From contig JANQFP010000252.1 of the NCBI GenBank assembly GCA_028277795.1, positions 22,490 to 86,489 of the forward strand: DNA of 64,000 nt. The letters are read 5' to 3'. This stretch comes from Rhodospirillales bacterium. GTDB lineage: Bacteria > Pseudomonadota > Alphaproteobacteria > Rhodospirillales > JANQFP01. This document shows positions 9,576-19,838 of the stretch, piece after piece (position 1 is the stretch's first letter; each line of letters begins with the position of its first letter). Position numbers and translations under genes: made by a program. The notes under the pieces were generated by a model that did no database searches, had not been told where the DNA came from, and saw only the letters and a list, made by a program, of their open reading frames with translations.

Positions 9576-9636
9576 GCGCGCCTTCGAGCCGACTCGCGAA
9601 GCGCCGTCATCGCACGTCGGAAAGCCCGCGCGGCGG
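9576..9636. repeat. REP-like structured intergenic repeat, copy 1
   Basis: ~60-nt GC-rich element starting a few nt after the motB stop. It recurs at 54518-54578, with ~53/60 identical positions by manual alignment. It contains nested inverted repeats (ccgcgcg/cgcgcgg; cttcgag/ctcgcgaag). Confidence 0.7.
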
Positions 9637-9702
9637 TACAATGCTGAACGTCGAAGCAGGAAATCGTTTTTGGTCAGCCGGTGAACGGCTCGTTCGGCGC
9701 CG

Positions 9703-10581
<879 letters not shown>

Positions 10582-10724
10582 TACTCCCGCTCCGCCGAAA
10601 CGCCGGCGTGACGCATCCTTTCCCGGCCGGACGACACCGCCGTGACGGATGCATCAGCGCAGCTCCCTCTGTGCCCTCAATCGCTTAAGATATGATGAAT
10701 ATGGGTATGGAACTGTGATGAAGG

Positions 10725-11459
10725 TCACACTTCCACAAAATCGATCGGGGTGCCAACGTTTAATTCGAGCTGCTGGTCGGCGCGGCCGCGGTTGACGGCG
10801 ATCTCCACCAGGCCGTTGGCGTTCTCGTACCAGAACGCGTGGCCGGGGGGCACCTCGGAGAACGTTTCGGCCCGGGTCAGGGTCGCGCCGCCGACGCGCA
10901 CGGCCGCCGTCGGCGGCGCCTCCGAGAACCGCATTCCGGTGACCGCGTTGCCGAAGCCGTCGATGTAGATCACCTCATGCAGGTCGTCCGGCCAGTCGAG
11001 CCGGCGCACGTCGTCCACCGGGCGCTCGAAGCCTTCGGGCTGCTCGTCGTGGGCGACCCGGGCGGCCAGGGGCGCGAACAGGTCGCGCCCATGGAAGGTG
11101 CGCGACAGGCGCTCGGGGCGCCAGGTGATCTCCCACCATCGTGCACCGTCACGGGCCCGCCGGATCACCATCTCGAACAGGCCGTTGTCCGGGCCCACGT
11201 ACCACCGGCCGTCGACGCTGAGCACACCGGGCGCCCGCTCGCCCCCGACCCCGGGGTCGACGACGCACAGGAACACGGTGCCGCGCGGGAACTCGTGGGT
11301 GTAGGCGGGCAGCAGATAGGCCGCCGCCCGGGGGTTGTGGGCGGGGGCGTCGGCGAACAGGCTGATCACCTCGACGCGGGGCGCCTCGCGCCGCAGGACC
11401 GCCTGCATCTGGCCGACGTAGGGGCCGGCCAGCCCGAAGTCCGTGAACAGGACAATCAT
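10725..11459 (-). CDS. SAM hydrolase / SAM hydroxide adenosyltransferase (DUF62, chlorinase/fluorinase-like family)
   Basis: N-terminus MIVLFTDFGLAGPYVGQM is typical of the DUF62 family. Start at ATG 11459. Confidence 0.75.
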   Translation of the reverse strand: MIVLFTDFGLAGPYVGQMQAVLRREAPRVEVISLFADAPAHNPRAAAYLLPAYTHEFPRGTVFLCVVDPGVGGERAPGVLSVDGRWYVGPDNGLFEMVIRRARDGARWWEITWRPERLSRTFHGRDLFAPLAARVAHDEQPEGFERPVDDVRRLDWPDDLHEVIYIDGFGNAVTGMRFSEAPPTAAVRVGGATLTRAETFSEVPPGHAFWYENANGLVEIAVNRGRADQQLELNVGTPIDFVEV

Positions 11460-11525
11460 GAACCGAGGCTTAGCGCGGTTGGCCGCCCCCGGCAAGAGGG
11501 CGGCGGTTCACCGCGGCGCGGACGG

Positions 11526-12401
11526 TCAGTCGGCGCCGGCCGCCAGCATCGCCGCCTTGACCTTGTCGAAGGCGCGCACCTCCAACTGGCGCACCCGCTC
11601 GCGGCTGATGCCGTAGATGTCGCCCAGCTCCTCCAGGGTCACGGGGTCGTCCTTGAGACGCCGCTCGACGAAGATGTGGCGCTCCCGATCGGGCAGCGTA
11701 CCCAATGCCCGGTCCAGAAGCTCACGCCTGAGCGCCAGTTCCTGGCCTTCGGCGGCCAGGGCCTCCGGCGTCGGCCCCTCGTCCACCAGGGTGTCCTGGA
11801 ACTCCACCGATTCGTCCTGGGAAAGCGGCGCGTTGAGGGACACGTCCCGCGCCGCCAGCCGACGGTTCATGTCGATGACGTCGGTCTCGCTGACGTCCAG
11901 TTCCCGGGCCAGGTGCGCCGCCTGCTCGGGCAGCAGGTCGCCGGTCTCGGTGATGCCCAGGTTGGCCTTGATGCGGCGCAGGCTGAAGAACAGCTTCTTC
12001 TGGGCGGCGACGGTGCCCATCTTGACCATCGACCACGAGCGCAGCACGTACTCGGTGATGGCCGCGCGGATCCACCACATGGCGTAGGTGGCCAGGCGGA
12101 ATCCCCGCTCGGGCTCGAACTTCTTCACCGCCTTCATCAAGCCGACGTTGCCTTCCGACACCAGGTCGGACAGGGGCAGGCCGTAGCCGCGATACCCCAT
12201 GGCGATCTTGGCCACCAGCCGCAGGTGGCTGGTCACCAACTGATGGGCGGCGTCCACGTCGCCGTGGTCACGCCACCGCGTGGCCAGCATGAACTCCTCC
12301 TCCGGCTCCAGGATCGGATACTTCCAGATCTCCTGGAAATACGCCGTCAGGCCGCTTTCCACAGGAACCGCAGGCAGGTTGATGGCTGTCATGGTCATCA
12401 A
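11526..12401 (-). CDS. rpoH: RNA polymerase sigma-32 (heat-shock sigma factor RpoH)
   Basis: Sigma-70 regions 2-4 and an RpoH-box-like AQKKLFFSLRRIK. Confidence 0.9.
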   Translation of the reverse strand: MMTMTAINLPAVPVESGLTAYFQEIWKYPILEPEEEFMLATRWRDHGDVDAAHQLVTSHLRLVAKIAMGYRGYGLPLSDLVSEGNVGLMKAVKKFEPERGFRLATYAMWWIRAAITEYVLRSWSMVKMGTVAAQKKLFFSLRRIKANLGITETGDLLPEQAAHLARELDVSETDVIDMNRRLAARDVSLNAPLSQDESVEFQDTLVDEGPTPEALAAEGQELALRRELLDRALGTLPDRERHIFVERRLKDDPVTLEELGDIYGISRERVRQLEVRAFDKVKAAMLAAGAD

Positions 12402-12781
12402 TTCTCCTCATCGTCATGCGTCGGCACGCGCGCCCCTCCGACCGGATGCATCCGCCGCCACGCGCCGGCAATCTGACGCGGACAGCCGTACGGAACACCC
12501 CGTCGACGTTCACTCAGAAACAAGGGAAACGACATGCACGCATGGGTCATATCCTCCAACAGAAGCAATATGCCGTCTGGACCCACCTCCGGTCGGGTCC
12601 GTCCCGGGACCGGCGCCGTCCTCGGCCGCCGAACCCGATTCGAATATGGCACAATACCCAACCGACATCAATGGTTTTCTAAGATGGGTATTTTACAACA
12701 AGCAATTACGCCACATAACTGAGGCACATCCTGAATAAAAAACCTCAATGGTCTGTTTGGAAAGGCTAATTGCCCCTGACG

Positions 12782-13720
12782 TCAGTTGCCCGGGAAACTG
12801 CGGGGCTGGTCGATGCTGGCCGGCTGGGTCTCCGGCTCGTCCTCGAAGATGCTGAGGTCGGGGATGGGCGGCAGGTCGAGGGATTCGCCGTTGTTGATCT
12901 CGGACTTGCGCCGTTGGCGGAACATGCTGCGGATGGCCGCGTAGTAGTCTATGGAGGTCTTCTTGACCTTGTCCAGCTCGTCCATCACGCCTTCGTACTC
13001 GACGATGCCTTCGAGCACCAGCCGCGACCACACCACGGCGTCGCGGTCGGTGTTGTCCAGCCACAAGTCGAGGGGGTCCATGTAGCGGTCCACCACCAGC
13101 TTGCCCACCGCGTCGCGGGGATTGGACGGGCCGAACACGGGCAGCACCAGGTAGAACCCCTCGCCCACGCCCCAAACGGCGAGGGTCTGGCCGAAGTCCT
13201 CTTCGTGTCGGGGAATGCCCATCTCCTCGGCCCGGTCGAAGATGCCGCCGATTCCCCAGGTGGTGTTGATGAAAAAGCGCTGGGTGGTTTGCCAGGCCCG
13301 ATCCGTCTCCCCCTGCAGCAGGTCGTTGGCCAGGATCACCGGGGTCTCCAGGTTGTCCAGCACGTTGCTCAGGGCGTTCTGGATGGGCGGCGGGATCAGC
13401 GCCCGGTAGAAGCCTGCGGCCGGCCGCAGTAGCAAGGTCTGGACCGCCTCGTTGAAAAAGAAGAAGGCCCGGTTGAGAGGCTCGAACGGGTCGTTGACGT
13501 CCTCGTCGTAGGCGTCGTCCTCGGGCTCGGTCTCGTCCGCCTGGGCCAGCAGCGGCACCACGACGACAGCCGTCACCTCCTCGTCGGCGAACTGGCCCTC
13601 GTAGGTGGCGAACAGGCCGCCGACGTCCACGTCCTCGGAGTCGCCGGCCACCGCCGGGGCTGCCACCGCGACCGCCACCGCCACCGCCAGCGCGCGGACG
13701 CCACTTCCCCAGACCGTCAC
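12782..13720 (-). CDS. mlaA: MlaA/VacJ-family outer-membrane lipoprotein
   Basis: VacJ signature region NDPFEPLNRAFFFFNEAV ... and WGIGGIFD. The ORF extends to 13906, but a GTG at 13720 gives a signal-peptide-like N-terminus (VTVWGSGVRALAVAVAVAVAAPAVAG). Confidence 0.75.
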   Translation of the reverse strand: MTVWGSGVRALAVAVAVAVAAPAVAGDSEDVDVGGLFATYEGQFADEEVTAVVVVPLLAQADETEPEDDAYDEDVNDPFEPLNRAFFFFNEAVQTLLLRPAAGFYRALIPPPIQNALSNVLDNLETPVILANDLLQGETDRAWQTTQRFFINTTWGIGGIFDRAEEMGIPRHEEDFGQTLAVWGVGEGFYLVLPVFGPSNPRDAVGKLVVDRYMDPLDLWLDNTDRDAVVWSRLVLEGIVEYEGVMDELDKVKKTSIDYYAAIRSMFRQRRKSEINNGESLDLPPIPDLSIFEDEPETQPASIDQPRSFPGN

Positions 13721-13998
13721 ACCGGAAAGACCGGGCACACACCCCTCCACGTGGTCGCCGCCTCGGCGGCACGAAAAAAACGCGAGCCCGGACCATTGCC
13801 GAGGTTCGCGAAGCCCTTCGCCCTTTGATAGGAGAAGTTCCAGTTTCCCGCAACTGTCATTTGGCGTTGTTCCAATGATTTGTGGGCAATCGGTGCCGCG
13901 GCGCAACAGCTTCGGATCATCCCCAAGGTTGTCATTGTCAGGTGGGGCTGCACGCCGTACTTTCTTGGCGGCGGATTCGGGGAGGGGGCTACGGGGAG

Positions 13999-14613
13999 AT
14001 GATTCGGAGGCGCCGATGGTTCGCCGTCGCGGTGATGCTGATCGTGGCGGTCGCGGCCAGGCCCGCGGCGGGCGACGATCGTACGCCGCCGGTGGTGGTC
14101 GCAGAGTTCCAGAACAGCCTGATCGCGATCATGAAGGAGGCCGCGGCATTGGGTTTCTCGGGGCGCTACCAGCGCCTCTTGCCGCCCATCGAGCGGGCCT
14201 TCCACCTGCCTCTGATGGTGCGCATCGCCACCGGCGCCCACTGGGCGCAGGCCGACGCCGATCAGCGCCGACGCCTGATCGACGCCTTCCGGCGCATGAG
14301 CGTCAGCACCGTCGCCACCCTGTTCGACGACTATGGCGGCGAGGCGTTCGAGCCGGTGGGCGAGCGGCCCGGCCCGCAGCGCACCCGCCTGGTCGAATCG
14401 AACATGACGTTCCCCGACAAGTCGCCGATCAACTTCGTCTACGTGGCCAAGAAGATCGACGGCCGCTGGTACCTGATCGATGTCGTCGTCGACAAGGGCA
14501 TCAGCGAACTCAACGTGCGGCGGTCCGAATACAATCTGGTGTTGAAGGAATCGGGCGTCGAGGGGCTGATCGACGCCCTCAACCGCAAGGCCGACGAGCT
14601 CGTCGCCCAGTAG
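13999..14613 (+). CDS. MlaC/Ttg2D-family periplasmic lipid-binding protein (HpnM-like), paralogue 1
   Basis: Signal peptide plus the toluene-tolerance Ttg2D/MlaC pattern (... DGRWYLIDVVVDKGISELNVRRSEY). ATG 13999 is preceded by GGGGAG. Confidence 0.75.
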   Translation: MIRRRRWFAVAVMLIVAVAARPAAGDDRTPPVVVAEFQNSLIAIMKEAAALGFSGRYQRLLPPIERAFHLPLMVRIATGAHWAQADADQRRRLIDAFRRMSVSTVATLFDDYGGEAFEPVGERPGPQRTRLVESNMTFPDKSPINFVYVAKKIDGRWYLIDVVVDKGISELNVRRSEYNLVLKESGVEGLIDALNRKADELVAQ

Positions 14614-14662
14614 CCGCGCCCACTTGCCGGCCGTAAAACCCGAGGAGGTTGGATCGACAGAC

Positions 14663-15280
14663 ATGTCCCGCCGCATCCTCGCCGTCGCCGTCGCCGCCAT
14701 GATCGCCGCCGCGGCCGGCGCCGCCACCCCGATCGCGGCCGCCGAGTCCGCCCGCACCGTGGTCGAGCGGTTCCACGAGTCCCTGATCGCCGTCATGAAA
14801 GCCGCCGACACCCTCGGCGTCATGGGCCGGTACGAGCGGTTGACCGACCCGGTCACCCGGGCGTTCGACCTGGAGCGCATGATCCGGGTCGCCACCGGGC
14901 CCTTCTGGCGCAAGGCCGAGGCGGATCAGAGAGACCGCCTGCTCGCCGCCTTCACGCGCATGAGCGTCGGCACCTATGCCTCCCGCTTCAAGGGCTACTC
15001 GGGCGAAGCCTTCGAGACCGTGGCCGAGCGGCCGGGGCCGCAGAACACGATCCTGGTGGCGACGCGGATCGTGCCGGCCGACGACGCCCCCGTGGACATC
15101 ACCTACGTGATGAAGACCCGCGACGGGAGCTGGCGCATCGTCGACATCCTGCTCGACAACAGCGTCAGCGAGCTGGCCGTGCGCCGCTCCGAATACCGCC
15201 GCGTCCTCGACAAGGAGGGCGCCGACGGGCTCATCGCCATCCTCGACCGCAAATTCACCGAGCTCACCGGGGAGCGCTGA
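14663..15280 (+). CDS. MlaC/Ttg2D-family periplasmic lipid-binding protein (HpnM-like), paralogue 2
   Basis: Clear paralogue of the upstream gene (... DGSWRIVDILLDNSVSELAVRRSEY), with a signal peptide. Confidence 0.75.
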   Translation: MSRRILAVAVAAMIAAAAGAATPIAAAESARTVVERFHESLIAVMKAADTLGVMGRYERLTDPVTRAFDLERMIRVATGPFWRKAEADQRDRLLAAFTRMSVGTYASRFKGYSGEAFETVAERPGPQNTILVATRIVPADDAPVDITYVMKTRDGSWRIVDILLDNSVSELAVRRSEYRRVLDKEGADGLIAILDRKFTELTGER

Positions 15281-15286
15281 CGGCGG

Positions 15287-16303
15287 TCACTCCTTTTCCG
15301 CGGCTGCCGGCCGCCATGAGAACCCGGCACCCATGGCCAGGCCCGACAGGATCCACACCAGCTCGCGGAAACGGCGGACCACGGCCACCGCCACGCCCAG
15401 GGTCGGCGACCCGGTGATGGCGGTGCACACGATCAGGAAGCCCCCTTCCTGGGCGCCCAGGCTGATGGGGATGAAGAAGGTGCCGGCACGCACGAGCTGC
15501 GCCACCGCCTCGATCATCCAGGCCTCGGTGAACGACACCGGATGGCCCAGGAAGGCCATGGCGGCATAGACCTCGAGCACGCCCAGAAACCAGTTGATCA
15601 GGCCCAGGGTCGCCGCCACGGCGAAGCGCCCGCGGCGACGGGTGTAGAACGCCACCAGGCGCTCGTCCACATCGTGGATCAGGTGCAGGACCTCGTCGAG
15701 GCGGCGGGCGATGCGCCAGCGGCTGAGGCGGCTTCCGGTGGCCGAGGAGATCTTGAACCGCTGCACCAGGAAGAACAGCCCGATGCCGACCACCAGGGCC
15801 GTCAGGCCGGCCCCGGCCACCGACTTCAGGGACGCCGGCATGGCCGGCGAGGCGATGAGGAAGGCGAAGCCGCCGCCCAGGAAGACGATGAGAGCCAGCA
15901 GGTTGATGGTCTTGGCGAGGATCAGCGACGCCGTGCCCTCCCGGTAGCCGACGCCGTAATGGCGCTTGAGCAGCACCGCCTTGACCGGCTCGCCGCCCAT
16001 GCCGCCGGCGGGGATGACGGCGTTGAAGGCCTCGCCCACCATGCGCACCTTCCACAGGCGGTACAGCCACCGGCCGTCCACCGGCAGCGAGCCGACGGTC
16101 AGCAGCCACGACAGGGAATCGAACACGAAGGCCAGCAGGTAGAGCCCCAGGACCACCAGGATGCCCCACCCCACCTGGCCGACCCGCGCCGCCACCTGGG
16201 CCAGATCCACGTCGTGCAGGACCAGCGCGAGCAGCCCCAGGCCGAGGAGCAGGTAGAGGCCCTTCAGCCAGCGCACGGCGCGCCGCTTCCGCTCACCGGT
16301 CAC
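15287..16303 (-). CDS. hpnL: HpnL-like integral membrane protein (UPF0104 / lysyl-PG-synthase TM-region family)
   Basis: ~8 TM helices and a flippase-like family pattern. GTG start overlaps the hpnN stop by 11 nt. Confidence 0.7.
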   Translation of the reverse strand: MTGERKRRAVRWLKGLYLLLGLGLLALVLHDVDLAQVAARVGQVGWGILVVLGLYLLAFVFDSLSWLLTVGSLPVDGRWLYRLWKVRMVGEAFNAVIPAGGMGGEPVKAVLLKRHYGVGYREGTASLILAKTINLLALIVFLGGGFAFLIASPAMPASLKSVAGAGLTALVVGIGLFFLVQRFKISSATGSRLSRWRIARRLDEVLHLIHDVDERLVAFYTRRRGRFAVAATLGLINWFLGVLEVYAAMAFLGHPVSFTEAWMIEAVAQLVRAGTFFIPISLGAQEGGFLIVCTAITGSPTLGVAVAVVRRFRELVWILSGLAMGAGFSWRPAAAEKE

Positions 16304-18893
16304 CGGCCGGCACCCGCGGCCACAGCACCATCAACGCCGGCAGCACGGTCAGGGTGCAGGCCAGGGTGAGACCGATGGCCGCTGTCAGCAGCACGCCCAT
16401 GCTCGACGTGCCCGGGTGGCTGGACAGGGCCATGCTGCCGAAGGAGCCGATGGTGGTCAGCGCGCTCAGCACCACGGCCCGCGGCGTGCTGGTCCTCAGC
16501 ACCCGCCCGGTGTCGCCCTCGCCGCGCTCGCGGGCCACCAGGTGGATGCCGCTGGCCACGCCCAGGCCGAACAGCAGGGGCAGGACGATGACGTTGGCGA
16601 AGTTGAACGGCAGGCCCACCAGCACCGAGACGGCCACCGTCAACAGGGCCGCCAGGCCCAAGGGCGCGAACACCAGCAGCACGTCCCGGGGGCGGCGCAT
16701 CAACGCCGCCAGCAGCACCGCGATCAGGGCCAGGGCCAGGGCCGCGGCCTGGACGAACGCCCGCACCACGGCCCGGCCCGCCTCCAGGATGATCACCGGC
16801 GATCCGGTGGCCGCCGGCGCCTGCGTGCGCACCGCCTCGACGAACCGGCGCAGGGCGTCGGGATCGCGCAGGTCGTCGCGGGGAAACACCTGGACGCGGA
16901 CCCGGCCGTCGGTGGCCACGTGCCGCTCGCGCAGGCCCGCCGGCAGGTCATCCACGGTGACCGGCCCGGCCTCCAGGGCCTCCACGAGCGCGTCCAGGCG
17001 CCCCGGCAGGCCCGCCAGCAGCCCCGTCTCCAGGTCCCGCAGCACTTCGTCGGTCGGCGCCGCCGGCAGCGCGTCGGCGAGGCGACGGGCCGCCGCCATG
17101 GCCCCCTGCCCCGCCGCGAGCCGGACGAGCCGGTCGCGGAGGCGGTCAAGGGCGGCCCGGCGCGCCGCCATGTCGGGCGGCTCCTTGGGCGGGGCGGCGA
17201 GGGCCGGCGCCAGGTACAGGGCCATGGTCCCGATGATGTCCAGCTTGCCGTCCTGGTTGGCGGGCACGTAGTCGCCGATGGTGCGCACCCCGTCCACCGG
17301 GCCCAGATCCTCCAGGCGCCGCGCCATGTCCTCGGCCGCGGCCATGTCCCCGGCCAGCACGGTGATGGTGTAGGGACTGGTCTCCGGGTCGGCCATCAGG
17401 TCGAACAGGGTGGAGACCGATTCGGTCTCCGGGTCCTTCAGGTTCAGGGGATCGAAATCGAAGCGCGCCTGCGGCACCGTTACGGCGGCGGCGGCGGCCA
17501 CCGCCAGGGCCCCCCAGGCGATGGGGACGGCCCGCGCCCCGATCACCTGTCGGGCCCCGCGCCAGGCCGGCTCCCGGTGCCGGTGCGCCGACGGCCGCAG
17601 GGGCATCAGGGTGAGCATGGCCGGCAGCACGGTGGTGTTGGTGATCAGGGCGATGACCATGCCGGTGCCGGCGATCAGCCCGAGCTCGGCCAGACCCTTG
17701 TAGTCGGTGGGCAGGAACGCGAAGAAGCCGATGGCCGCGGCCACGGCGCACAGGGTCAGCGCCCCGCCCGAGCCCTTGGCGGCGGCGGCCAGGCCCTTCC
17801 GGTGGTCGGCTCCGCGGTCCACCGCCTCCTTGTAGCGCAGTCCGAAATGGATGCCGAAATCGACGCTGAGGCCGATGAACAGGACGGCGAAGGCGACGGA
17901 GATCAGGTTCAGGCTGTCCAGGGCGGCGACGGCGAACCCCGCCGTCCATACCAGGCCCGCCAACAGGGTCGCCACGATGGCCAGGGCCAGGCGCGGCGAC
18001 CCCAGCCCGAACAGCAGCAGGGTCACGACGACCGTGAGCGACAGGACCGCCGCCAGGCCCAGGCCGTCGCGGACGCTCAGCAGCTCCTCCTCGGCCAGGG
18101 CGGCCGAGCCGGTCAGGCGCACGCGGACGCCGGCGTCCTCGTCGAGACCCAGCTCGGCCACCAGGCCGCGCAGGGCGGCGATGGCTTCGGCCGCAGGCTG
18201 CAGGGAGCCGAAGTCCAGCACCGGCTGGATCAGGATCAGGCGGCGGCCGTCGTCGCCGCCGGTCATCAGTTGGCGCCACGACAGGCGGGCGAACCGGCCG
18301 TCGGCTCGCGCCTCGGCCACCTCGGCCATCGCAGTCAGGACGGGAGCAACATCGATGGGCGGATCCTCATCCGCAACCAGGATCTCGTCGATCGCAAGGG
18401 TCAGCATGTCGGCCAGGCCGCGCAACGTGGGGTCGCGCCGGAGCGCGCCGAGGAACGGTTGGGCCTCGGCCAGGCGGTCGGCCAGCGCCTCCAGGGCGTC
18501 GGTATCCATGTAGAGGAGCCCGTGGCGGCGGAAGAAGGGCTCGCCGGCCGGATCATAGACGTCGCCGAACAGGGCCGGGCGCTCCCTGAGCCGCGCTGCC
18601 AGGAGCCGCGCGGCATCGTCGGCCAGGTCCCCGGTGGCCCCGTCGATGACCACCAGGATGTTGTCCGAGAACTGGGGAAACGCCGCCGACAGGGCGCGGG
18701 AGTTCTGACGGAACGGCAGCTCCGCCGACAACATGTCCTCGGTGTCGGTGTTGATGGTCACGGCGTCGACCACGTAGGCGCCGATGGCGACGGTGGCCGT
18801 TACCGCGGCCAGCACAACAGCGGCGGCGCCACGCCGGACCAGGTCGACCCAGCGGACGACCCAGCGGCGGAACCTGGCGGCGGCTTCGGTCAC
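16293..18893 (-). CDS. hpnN: hopanoid-associated RND/MMPL transporter HpnN
   Basis: 866 aa with duplicated 6-TM plus periplasmic-loop RND architecture. Located in the hpn cluster next to hpnL/hpnM-like genes. Confidence 0.85.
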   Translation of the reverse strand: MTEAAARFRRWVVRWVDLVRRGAAAVVLAAVTATVAIGAYVVDAVTINTDTEDMLSAELPFRQNSRALSAAFPQFSDNILVVIDGATGDLADDAARLLAARLRERPALFGDVYDPAGEPFFRRHGLLYMDTDALEALADRLAEAQPFLGALRRDPTLRGLADMLTLAIDEILVADEDPPIDVAPVLTAMAEVAEARADGRFARLSWRQLMTGGDDGRRLILIQPVLDFGSLQPAAEAIAALRGLVAELGLDEDAGVRVRLTGSAALAEEELLSVRDGLGLAAVLSLTVVVTLLLFGLGSPRLALAIVATLLAGLVWTAGFAVAALDSLNLISVAFAVLFIGLSVDFGIHFGLRYKEAVDRGADHRKGLAAAAKGSGGALTLCAVAAAIGFFAFLPTDYKGLAELGLIAGTGMVIALITNTTVLPAMLTLMPLRPSAHRHREPAWRGARQVIGARAVPIAWGALAVAAAAAVTVPQARFDFDPLNLKDPETESVSTLFDLMADPETSPYTITVLAGDMAAAEDMARRLEDLGPVDGVRTIGDYVPANQDGKLDIIGTMALYLAPALAAPPKEPPDMAARRAALDRLRDRLVRLAAGQGAMAAARRLADALPAAPTDEVLRDLETGLLAGLPGRLDALVEALEAGPVTVDDLPAGLRERHVATDGRVRVQVFPRDDLRDPDALRRFVEAVRTQAPAATGSPVIILEAGRAVVRAFVQAAALALALIAVLLAALMRRPRDVLLVFAPLGLAALLTVAVSVLVGLPFNFANVIVLPLLFGLGVASGIHLVARERGEGDTGRVLRTSTPRAVVLSALTTIGSFGSMALSSHPGTSSMGVLLTAAIGLTLACTLTVLPALMVLWPRVPAGDR

Positions 18894-19111
18894 GGGGTCA
18901 ACAGTCCTCTTGTGCGGCGCTTATATCGCTGGCGATCGGGAACACACAACTTCGGCGCACGACCCTTTTCAAATCGAGACCGCACCAACAACCCGGCCGC
19001 GTTCTGCGTCGTGCCGCCGAGCCAACCAGATCACTCTAACGGTTCCGCTTCCATTGATGCCAAAGCTGACGTAATCTGAAATCAGCATGAGCCGGAATAT
19101 ATAGAATTAAA

Positions 19112-19816
19112 ATGGAATTTAGCGTCACCAGGCTGGATATAGTTTTCGAAACTGTATTCATTAGGCCGGCTTTCTCCGTCGCACAAAAAACGACAAAAGT
19201 ACTGGAATCTATTTATGACGCATTGAGCCCGAGATTTTCCGTTCAACTCTCTGACCTGCAGGTCCAACCTGGTTTATCCTTTGCTGACGTCTTCGTTCGT
19301 GTCAATATTTTTGGAGGCAACGGGCAGTTGGAACTCAGAGTTGATAAGTTCACTGGTCGATTCCAAAACCTAAAAACGAGCGACGACGTCAAATCAGTAA
19401 AAGAAAGCCTGGACTTGAGCGAAAAGGCCATCGCCGAAGTTATTCCAGACATGCGGGAGAAAACCACGGCTATTCGCACAGCTTCCTGGTTGAACTGTGG
19501 ATTGGATGGCGCCGCGGCGGCGAATTTACGAGAGAAATGGGTCGACGCGTCTGCCAACGTCCCCTACCGCCAATTGGGGGCCGCGAGCTTGAATTGCCCG
19601 ATTGAGGCCAGTTTCGACAACGAAGAAGAACGATGGGCGGTATCTTTCCGTATTGAGCCTTCGGCTTCGAACTCGGCCGACCTATATTTCGCATGCAATG
19701 GCTTGTACGCGCCGGGTGGCAAGTTTAGCAACCTTGATGAGAGGGCCGAACACATGGAAATCCAGTATCTAGGACTGCTGAGACACTTCGGGTTCGAGCC
19801 ACCGGAAACGCGATAG
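19112..19816 (+). CDS. hypothetical protein (no recognisable domain), first gene of a low-G+C islet
   Basis: 234-aa ORF with an AT-richer composition than the flanks. It ends 22 nt upstream of the Xre-like antitoxin gene. Confidence 0.6.
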   Translation: MEFSVTRLDIVFETVFIRPAFSVAQKTTKVLESIYDALSPRFSVQLSDLQVQPGLSFADVFVRVNIFGGNGQLELRVDKFTGRFQNLKTSDDVKSVKESLDLSEKAIAEVIPDMREKTTAIRTASWLNCGLDGAAAANLREKWVDASANVPYRQLGAASLNCPIEASFDNEEERWAVSFRIEPSASNSADLYFACNGLYAPGGKFSNLDERAEHMEIQYLGLLRHFGFEPPETR

Positions 19817-19838
19817 CCTGACAACCGAGAAATCAGCT

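Noticed and set aside
10725-11459. DUF62 SAM hydrolase as part of the hopanoid (adenosylhopane) pathway
   Set aside because: The idea is tempting because HpnH and HpnG chemistry involves SAM and adenosine. However, the gene is separated from the hpn genes by rpoH, lies on a different transcription unit, and is widespread outside hopanoid producers. No sequence evidence links them.
16416-19079. 887-aa ORF antisense to hpnN, plus several 100-380-aa ORFs in other frames
   Set aside because: This is a shadow of a long high-G+C gene with no TM or domain logic. The hpnN frame gives a coherent 12-TM RND architecture.
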